The notes beneath the pieces are model-generated. The model saw only the letters and a list, made by a program, of their open reading frames with translations, was not told where the DNA came from and did not search any database. This document shows, piece by piece, positions 57,953-64,000 of a stretch of 64,000 nucleotides of DNA (within the stretch, counting starts at the first letter, position 1; the number at the start of each line of letters is the position of its first letter). Location of the stretch: positions 25,155-89,154 of the forward strand of contig JBBSCG010000001.1 of the NCBI GenBank assembly GCA_038250515.1. The letters are read 5' to 3'. The position numbers and the translations under genes were made by a program. This DNA is from Candidatus Limnocylindria bacterium (GTDB lineage Bacteria; Chloroflexota; Limnocylindria; QHBO01).

Positions 57953-59115
57953 GGCTGCTCATCGCCCCCGACTCGTTCGGTGGCGCGCTCGATTCGGTGC
58001 AGGCGGCCGATGCGATCGCTCGCGGCTGGACGAACGTCCGCGCCGGCGACGAGATCACGCTTCGACCGATGGCCGATGGCGGCGAGGGAACGCTCGCCGC
58101 GCTTGCCTGCGCACTCGGATCGGACGCGGAGCGCCGGATGGCCTCGGTTCTCGATCCTCTGGGCCGGCAGATCGATGCTGACTGGCTGCTGCTCGATGGC
58201 GGGAAGTCCGCGTTTGTCGAGCTGGCTGCGGCCTCGGGCTTGGCGCGGCTGGATGTCGACGAGCGCTCGTCGCAATCAGCGGCCGTGGCATCGACTCGCG
58301 GCACCGGCCAGCTGGTTATGGCCGCGCTCGATGCCGGCGTGCAGCGCATCACCCTGGGCCTCGGTGGTTCAGCGACCACGGATGGCGGCACCGGGCTGCT
58401 TGCCGCGCTCGGCGTTCGCTTTCTCGACAGCAAGGGTGCGGAGCTGCTCGACGGCGGCGCAGCGCTGGCGAAGCTCGACCGAATCGACGCCTCGAACCTC
58501 GAGCCGCGCCTCGCGTCGGTGGCGTTGATTGTCGCCTCGGACGTCAAGAACACGCTGGTCGGCTCGAGTGGCGCGGCCGCAACCTACGGGCCGCAGAAGG
58601 GCGCCGATCCGACCATGGTCGAGCAGTTGGACGCGGCGCTGGCGCACTACGGCCAGCGCATCGAGCGGGCGACGGGGCGCCTGGTTGCGGACCTGCCCGG
58701 CTCTGGCGCGGCCGGCGGGACGACGGCGGGGCTCATGGGCTTCACCCGCGCAGTGCTGAGGACGGGTTCCGAGGTGGTTGCCGAGCTGGTCGGGTTGCCG
58801 GCAGCACTCGAGGCGGCCGAGCTCGTCATCACGGGCGAGGGGCGAGCGGACGAACAGACCCTGCAGGGCAAGGCCGCGATGAGTGTGGCAACGCTGGCAC
58901 GGGCGCGGAACACGCCGGTGGTGTTGCTGTGCGGCGGCGTGGGTGCCGGAGCTGAGGCGCTGGACGTCGTGGGCGCGATCACCGTGGTGCAACCGATCGT
59001 CGACCGCCCGCTGAGCCTGGAGGAGGCGATGGCCCATACGGCTCGGCTGCTCGAGGCGGCGGGCGGGCGCCTGGCGCGGACCGTCGGCATCGGTCTCGAC
59101 CTGGCCCGGCGCTAG
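57949..59115 (+). CDS. Glycerate kinase (GlxK/GarK family)
   Basis: MRLLIAPDSFGGALDSVQAADAIARGW...ADGGEGT...GLGGSATTDGGTGLLAALG matches the family. ATGA overlap with gpgS. Confidence 0.8.
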   Translation: MRLLIAPDSFGGALDSVQAADAIARGWTNVRAGDEITLRPMADGGEGTLAALACALGSDAERRMASVLDPLGRQIDADWLLLDGGKSAFVELAAASGLARLDVDERSSQSAAVASTRGTGQLVMAALDAGVQRITLGLGGSATTDGGTGLLAALGVRFLDSKGAELLDGGAALAKLDRIDASNLEPRLASVALIVASDVKNTLVGSSGAAATYGPQKGADPTMVEQLDAALAHYGQRIERATGRLVADLPGSGAAGGTTAGLMGFTRAVLRTGSEVVAELVGLPAALEAAELVITGEGRADEQTLQGKAAMSVATLARARNTPVVLLCGGVGAGAEALDVVGAITVVQPIVDRPLSLEEAMAHTARLLEAAGGRLARTVGIGLDLARR

Positions 59116-59128
59116 GCGGCCGCACGGC

Positions 59129-59950
59129 GTGGCGAAGCGCAGGGGGCCGAGCCCGCAGAAGCTGGCCGCTGATCGGCGTCGGCGTCGAGCCAGGATTGAT
59201 GTCGTGCTCGAACGCCTCGGTGAGCGGTACGAGGATCCGCGCTGGGCCGGTTCGCGACTCGATCCGGTGAGCGAGCTGGTGCTCACCATCCTGGCGCAGA
59301 ACACTGCGGACGTGAATTCGCATCGGGCCTTCGTCCTCCTGCGCGAGCGATACCCGACCTGGGACGCTGTGCTGGCCGCACCGACCGACGAGCTGACGGA
59401 CGTGATCCGGCCGGGTGGCCTGGCGCCGACCAAGGCTCCGCGCATCCAGCATGTGCTGGCCGAGATCCTCGATGCGCGTGGCGATTTCGACCTGGCATTC
59501 CTCGCCTCGCTGCCGGTCGAGGCGGCGCGCGAGTGGCTGACCGCGCTTCCCGGCATCGGGCGTAAGACGGCATCCATTGTCCTGATGTTCTGCTTTGGCA
59601 TGCCGGCCCTGCCGGTGGACACCCACGTCTTCCGAGTCGCGCAGCGCCTGGGACTGCTGCCTCCGAAGGCTGATCTCGCCAAGGCGCACGACCTTCTCGA
59701 AGCCTCGCTGCAGCCGGATGAGATGTACCCGTTTCACGTCGAGCTGATCCGCCACGGCCGCGACACGTGTCGTGCGCCTCGACCGATCTGCTCGATCTGC
59801 CCGCTGACCAATGTGTGCGACTACTATCGGCTCGTCGCGGCAGGCAAAGCACCGGCGGCGCCGCCACCCCGCGAGCCGCTGACCGAGCGGACGCCGCGCT
59901 ACCACGACGAGCTGATCCACGGCTGGGAGCCACCGGAGGCCGATAGATGA
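59129..59950 (+). CDS. nth: Endonuclease III-family HhH-GPD DNA glycosylase with 4Fe-4S cluster
   Basis: HhH LPGIGRKTASIVL, catalytic region VDTHVFRV and the C-terminal cluster loop CRAPRPICSICPLTNVC. The start is uncertain (GTG). Confidence 0.7.
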   Translation: MAKRRGPSPQKLAADRRRRRARIDVVLERLGERYEDPRWAGSRLDPVSELVLTILAQNTADVNSHRAFVLLRERYPTWDAVLAAPTDELTDVIRPGGLAPTKAPRIQHVLAEILDARGDFDLAFLASLPVEAAREWLTALPGIGRKTASIVLMFCFGMPALPVDTHVFRVAQRLGLLPPKADLAKAHDLLEASLQPDEMYPFHVELIRHGRDTCRAPRPICSICPLTNVCDYYRLVAAGKAPAAPPPREPLTERTPRYHDELIHGWEPPEADR

Positions 59951-59984
59951 GGAGCCGCGAAGCGATGGCCGGCGTCCGGGCCGC

Positions 59985-60935
59985 ATGAGCCTTCAATTTC
60001 GGCGGGGAAGGGGCAACGCCAGGCCGTTCACCGCGGCCCTAATCGTCCTCCTCGTGATAGCTGCGATCCTGCTGTTCCTGTGGCTCGGTCGCGGCGAGCA
60101 ACCACCGCCTGCGCGCCCGTCAGCGGCGGTGCCTTCGGCGTCGCCATCGCCAACGCTGAACGCGGAGCTGCTGCACGCGCGCCTGACCGTCCTTGTCATC
60201 GGCACCGACGTCAACCAGTCGCGGGCAGCCGCCGGCGCGCCGGTCAACACCGACAGCCTGATGCTGGCCAGCATCAATGCCGATCAGTCGGAGGTGACCC
60301 TCGTCGGCCTGCCACGTGATACCACGGATATTCCGCTGCCCGATGGTGGCAGGTGGGACCGCAAGGTCAATGCCATCGAGCGCGAGAAAGGCGTCGAGGC
60401 GTTTGTCGCCGCCATGTCGCAGCTGTTCGGCGTGCCGATTGACGGTTACGTGCAGGTTGACATGGACGGTCTTTCGGCGCTCGTCGACGCCGTCCAGGGC
60501 CTCGAGGTGAATCCGGACAAGCCACTTGCCGACCCGAAGGTCAGTCTCGACATCCCGGCGGGGAGGCAGACGCTCGACGGCCCGCACGCATTGGCATACT
60601 CGCGCACGCGCATCGACACTGACTACGGTCGTGCGGCTCGCCAGCAGGAGGTCGTGCTTGCCCTTGTCGCCAAGCTCGTCTCTCGCGAAACCGATGTCGA
60701 CGTCGCCTCCCTGCTCGCTGGCCTCGAGTCGCTCAAGACCAACCTGCCCCTCGGCGACCTGCCGACGTTGCTCGAGATCGGTCACCGAGCACAATCGGCC
60801 GATGTCACACGGCAGGTGCTCAAGCCGCCGCAGTTCATCACCTTTGAAGGCGACCGGGGGGACGGGCGTGGCTACATCCTGGAGCCGGACATCAAGGCGA
60901 TCCGCGTCTATATGCAGCAACAGGTCGGCGACTAG
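59985..60935 (+). CDS. LytR-CpsA-Psr (LCP) family cell-envelope polymer transferase
   Basis: An N-terminal TM, then TDSLMLASINADQSEVTLVGLPRDT...GVPIDGYVQVDMDGLSALVDAVQGLEV, which is the LCP core. Confidence 0.75.
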   Translation: MSLQFRRGRGNARPFTAALIVLLVIAAILLFLWLGRGEQPPPARPSAAVPSASPSPTLNAELLHARLTVLVIGTDVNQSRAAAGAPVNTDSLMLASINADQSEVTLVGLPRDTTDIPLPDGGRWDRKVNAIEREKGVEAFVAAMSQLFGVPIDGYVQVDMDGLSALVDAVQGLEVNPDKPLADPKVSLDIPAGRQTLDGPHALAYSRTRIDTDYGRAARQQEVVLALVAKLVSRETDVDVASLLAGLESLKTNLPLGDLPTLLEIGHRAQSADVTRQVLKPPQFITFEGDRGDGRGYILEPDIKAIRVYMQQQVGD

Positions 60936-60972
60936 TCACGGTCAGGCACGGCTGGTAGAATCCGCCTCCGTC

Positions 60973-61047
60973 GCCGAAGTAGCTCAGGGGTAGAGCATCG
61001 GTTTCGTAAACCGACGGCCGTGGGTTCGAATCCCACCTTCGGCTCCA
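60973..61047 (+). tRNA. tRNA-Thr (anticodon CGU), 3' CCA encoded
   Basis: Cloverleaf: acceptor GCCGAAG/CTTCGGC, D-arm GCTC-AGGGGTA-GAGC, anticodon arm TCGGT-TTCGTAA-ACCGA, T-arm GTGGG-TTCGAAT-CCCAC, discriminator T then CCA. Confidence 0.85.
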
Positions 61048-61433
61048 ACATCCCGGCCAGCTCGTCGCGGCAGGCGCGCCACGGCGAGGTCGGTCCGTGG
61101 CTCAGTGTCGCGTTCGCCGTGTCGAACGCCGCGGGCGCCCTGGTCGTGGCCGACCTCCTCGACCGGAGCGACTACTACCTGTTGTATGGCCCCTGGCACC
61201 AGTCGATCGGCGACGTCCTGGCGCCCGTGGGTCCGGGACCCGCAGCCACCGAACCGTCTCGTCGTCGCGTCGCGCTGCGCTGATGACGGCAGCCGAAGCG
61301 GCGGCATCGGTCCAGGATGATGGACGGTACGCCGTCGGCGTGCCAACCGCTATGCTTCTCGCCGCTGCAACACGAACTATCGCTCAATCGTTCAGGCGCA
61401 TGACCGTTGCACCCGAGGGGACCCGATCGACCG

Positions 61434-62303
61434 ATGCGCACTCGCCCGTTACGACTTGTGCCGCTGCTCGTTTTCGCTCTGCTGCTTGGCTCGGTCGTAC
61501 CCGCCAAGGCGTCCAGCGCGCGCATCGTCAGCAACGGTTCTCGGAGTCAGCCCGTCGTGGCGCTGACTTTCGACGATGGCAACTCGCCCGCAAGCGCGCG
61601 CTCGATCCTGGCAACGCTGCGGGCCAACGGCGTGTCGGCCACGTTCTTCCCGTATGCCGATGCCATGCGCACGGATCCCGCGGTCTGGCACGCCATCGCC
61701 GCAGCCGGCTATCCGATCGGCAATCACTCCGTCTCGCACCCTGAGCTGCCCAAGCTCTCCGATGCGGAGCTGGCCTACCAGATTGGCGGCGCGACGAGGC
61801 TGATCACCGAACTTTCTGGGCGCGCGCCGATCAGTATCATGCGACCACCCTACGGCGAATATGACGCGCGGGTCGCGGCCGCGGCTGCAGCGGCAGGCTA
61901 TCCGACCCTGATGCTGTGGGATGTCGATCCGCGTGACTGGTCGGGCATTCCGGCCGCCACGATCAGCCAGCGGGTGCTCGCCGGCGCGCGAGACGGCTCG
62001 GTGATCCTGCTGCACGTCGGCCCGAACCACACGCCCGAGGCGCTGCCGGGAGTCATCGCCAGCCTGCGCGCCCGCGGCTTCGGCTTCGTGACCGTTCCGC
62101 AGCTGCTCGGCGGCCCGCACGCCGTCGGTCCGAGCGGTGAGGCAGCGCCATTGCCGCCTCCGACCCCGCGACCGCATGTCGAGTCGGTCGCCGCGCCACA
62201 GGATCCACAGCCGGGCCGCCCGCTCGGCGACCCGGTGCTGCTCGTTCGAGCGCCGCAGGCTTACCCACTGGCGATCAGCCATCGCTGGGTGCGCCTGCCG
62301 TAG
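61434..62303 (+). CDS. Secreted polysaccharide deacetylase (NodB homology, CE4)
   Basis: Signal peptide MRTRPLRLVPLLVFALLLGSVVPAKA. NodB motifs VALTFDDG, GNHSVSHP and a LLHV region. Pro-rich C-terminal tail. Confidence 0.7.
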   Translation: MRTRPLRLVPLLVFALLLGSVVPAKASSARIVSNGSRSQPVVALTFDDGNSPASARSILATLRANGVSATFFPYADAMRTDPAVWHAIAAAGYPIGNHSVSHPELPKLSDAELAYQIGGATRLITELSGRAPISIMRPPYGEYDARVAAAAAAAGYPTLMLWDVDPRDWSGIPAATISQRVLAGARDGSVILLHVGPNHTPEALPGVIASLRARGFGFVTVPQLLGGPHAVGPSGEAAPLPPPTPRPHVESVAAPQDPQPGRPLGDPVLLVRAPQAYPLAISHRWVRLP

Positions 62304-62334
62304 CGCGCTCCAGTTGCCGCGTTATTCCGCGAGG

Positions 62335-63003
62335 CTACTGTTCTCGAGGACTCTCATCTGAGGACTCTTCGGTTTCAGGCGCGCCTTCCGCGGCTTCGGC
62401 CTCATCCGCGGGCGCCTCCTCGGCGGCCACCTCCGGCTCCTCCTCGACGCGCGGCGGCAGCACGCGGGCGAGCAGCTCATCGGGCTCGTTGAGGATGGTC
62501 ACCTTCTCGTCGACAACCAGATCGCGAACGTGGATCGCGGCGTCCATGTCGACCAGGGTCGAGATGTCCACCATGATCTCGTTGGGCATCTCGCCGGGAA
62601 GCGCCTTGACCTTCAGGTGATCGAGCGGGGTCATCAGGGTCCCGTTCTCCATCTCGACCGCGGGTGCGGTTCCGGCGAAGTTCAGCGGCACGTCGGCCTG
62701 CATCTCCTGGGTCAGGTTGACCAGGAAGAAGTCGACATGCACGGCGCGCCCGCTGAGCGGGTTGCGCTGGATTTCCTTGATGATGGCGCTCTTGGCGGCA
62801 CCTTTGCCGTCTACCTTGATCTTCACGATGCTGGTGCGGCCGGCGGCACGGTAGAGCGTATCGAACGCCTTGGCGTCTACCTGCACGGGGACCGATGGCG
62901 CTCCCTTGCCGAAGACAACGCCCGGCACGATGCCCCGGCGGCGCAGCCGCTTGTTCTCCTTGCCGGAGGCCTGGCGAGCGTCAAGGGCGAGCTCAAGATC
63001 CAT
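62335..63003 (-). CDS. rplY: 50S ribosomal protein L25 / general stress protein Ctc
   Basis: LELALDARQASGKENKRLRRRGIVPGVVFGKG...IVKIKVDGKG...AVHVDFFLV. Acidic C-terminal tail. The start is at M41. Confidence 0.85.
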   Translation of the reverse strand: MDLELALDARQASGKENKRLRRRGIVPGVVFGKGAPSVPVQVDAKAFDTLYRAAGRTSIVKIKVDGKGAAKSAIIKEIQRNPLSGRAVHVDFFLVNLTQEMQADVPLNFAGTAPAVEMENGTLMTPLDHLKVKALPGEMPNEIMVDISTLVDMDAAIHVRDLVVDEKVTILNEPDELLARVLPPRVEEEPEVAAEEAPADEAEAAEGAPETEESSDESPREQ

Positions 63004-63173
63004 GGTCGGTGAGTGATCCTCGAAACAGTTCGGCACACAGCCGAACGCGGGAGTTGTCATTGCGCGAAACCTGATGGTAACAGCGGCGCGGACGAGCAGC
63101 AACACGGCCTGCGCCGTGGCCATCGGCGCAGGTCAGCGGGCCCCAGAAAGGATCTGCCTATAATCGGTGCCCC

Positions 63174-63869
63174 ATGGCCGGCACCATCATGATCGTCGAG
63201 GACGAGCCCGCGGTTGCCCGTGGCGTCCAGGTGGCGCTCGAGCGCGAGGGCTACCAGGTTGACGTGGCGCCCACCGGCGAGGAAGCCCTCAAGCGCTTTC
63301 CGGATCTCGCGCCGGACATCATCTTGCTCGACGTTCGCCTGCCCGGTATCGACGGGTTCGAGGTCTGCCGCCAGCTGCGACGCGAATCGCGCGTGCCGAT
63401 TCTGTTCCTGACGGCCCGAGCCGACGAGGTCGACAAGGTGGTCGGCCTGGAGATCGGCGCCGACGACTACCTGGTCAAGCCCTTCAGCGTGCGCGAGCTG
63501 GTCAGCCGCGTGAAGGCGCTGCTGCGGCGCGCCTACGGCGAGCTCGCGAACACCGAGGCGGGACGGACACTGCGCCGCGGCGACCTGGTGATCGACCTCG
63601 ACCGCCGGCGCGTGACGCGCGACGGCGAGCGGATCTCCCTGACGACCACTGAGTTCGACCTGCTGCGGCACCTCGCCACGCGGCCGGGACGCGTCTACAC
63701 GCGCGTCCAACTGCTGGAGCTCGTGCGCGACTACGAGGCACTCGAGGCTGATGAGCGCACGATCAACGTCCACGTCAGTCACATTCGAGACAAGATTGAG
63801 CCTGACCCAGCCCAGCCGCGCTACATCAAGACGGTCAGGGGCGTCGGCTACGCATTCTCCGAGGATTGA
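63174..63869 (+). CDS. OmpR/PhoB-family two-component response regulator
   Basis: Receiver IMIVEDEPAVARGV...DIILLDVRLPGIDGFEV...K. Winged-helix C-terminus TTTEFDLLRHLATRPGRVYTRVQLLELV. A TATAAT lies 12 nt upstream of the ATG, which may indicate a leaderless transcript. Confidence 0.85.
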   Translation: MAGTIMIVEDEPAVARGVQVALEREGYQVDVAPTGEEALKRFPDLAPDIILLDVRLPGIDGFEVCRQLRRESRVPILFLTARADEVDKVVGLEIGADDYLVKPFSVRELVSRVKALLRRAYGELANTEAGRTLRRGDLVIDLDRRRVTRDGERISLTTTEFDLLRHLATRPGRVYTRVQLLELVRDYEALEADERTINVHVSHIRDKIEPDPAQPRYIKTVRGVGYAFSED

Positions 63870-63897
63870 CGCCACCTCGCGCGCCAATGACGAACCG

Positions 63898-64000
63898 ATG
63901 AACCGGCTGCGTGCCTTCTTCAGCCGGCTCGATGTCCGTCTGGTCCTGACCCTCAGCAGCATCGCGGTCATCAGTCTCATCGTCTCCGGGCTCGCGCTCT
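63898..64000 (+). CDS. Start of probable cognate sensor histidine kinase (runs off the window)
   Basis: MNRLRAFFSRLDVRLVLTLSSIAVISLIVSGLAL is a TM segment, immediately downstream of the response regulator. Confidence 0.4.
   Translation, partial: MNRLRAFFSRLDVRLVLTLSSIAVISLIVSGLAL

Noticed and set aside
61048-61433. Region downstream of tRNA-Thr as a possible integration site or genomic island
   Set aside because: No integrase, direct repeat of the tRNA 3' end or compositional shift was seen. The downstream genes (CE4 deacetylase, L25, two-component system) look like core genes.
63030-63048. Perfect 7-bp inverted repeat GTTCGGC-acaca-GCCGAAC between ctc and the response regulator
   Set aside because: It is short and lies in a divergent intergenic region. 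It could be an operator or UTR structure, but there is nothing to distinguish it from chance.

Overview
This is a high-GC (~68-70%) bacterial chromosomal window that is densely coding on both strands. The gene content looks Actinobacteria-like. It carries a phosphatidylinositol/PIM lipid operon (ArsR regulator, PIP synthase, ino1, two PatA-like acyltransferases, a PHP protein and pimA), an MshD-like tandem GNAT and a DinB/MDMPI-like protein. It also holds a trehalose otsA/otsB pair, pdxST, tmk-darA, zur-zupT, galE, deoC, a CCA-adding enzyme and a DEAD-box helicase. A compatible-solute cluster is present: a GT78-like synthase, a USP-fused glucosyl-3-phosphoglycerate synthase and a glycerate kinase. 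There is one tRNA-Thr(CGU) and a two-component system at the right edge. The most unusual region is a complex I (nuo) operon on the minus strand. nuoA-D, H and J-N are canonical, but the NADH-input genes E/F/G/I are replaced between nuoH and nuoJ by an NuoI(N-part)-NuoE fusion with missing Fe-S cysteines, an NuoF-like protein with an altered FMN motif and a three-cysteine N3 site, and a 795-aa fusion of a 2Fe-2S domain, a GltD-like NAD(P)H:FAD oxidoreductase, an NuoG-like 4Fe-4S region and the NuoI C-terminus. An SRPBCC/NAD(P)-binding-epimerase fusion sits in the same gap. Other oddities are a lower-GC 1.3-kb island of decayed ORFs with in-frame TAG and TGA stops, a catalytically degenerate ABC ATPase paralog, a sortase homolog with Ser in place of the catalytic Cys, a DNA-ligase-like protein lacking the adenylation lysine, a His/Asp-rich insertion in NuoL, and a decamer tandem repeat upstream of pdxS. 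All calls rest on reading the translated ORFs and motifs. No database search was possible.
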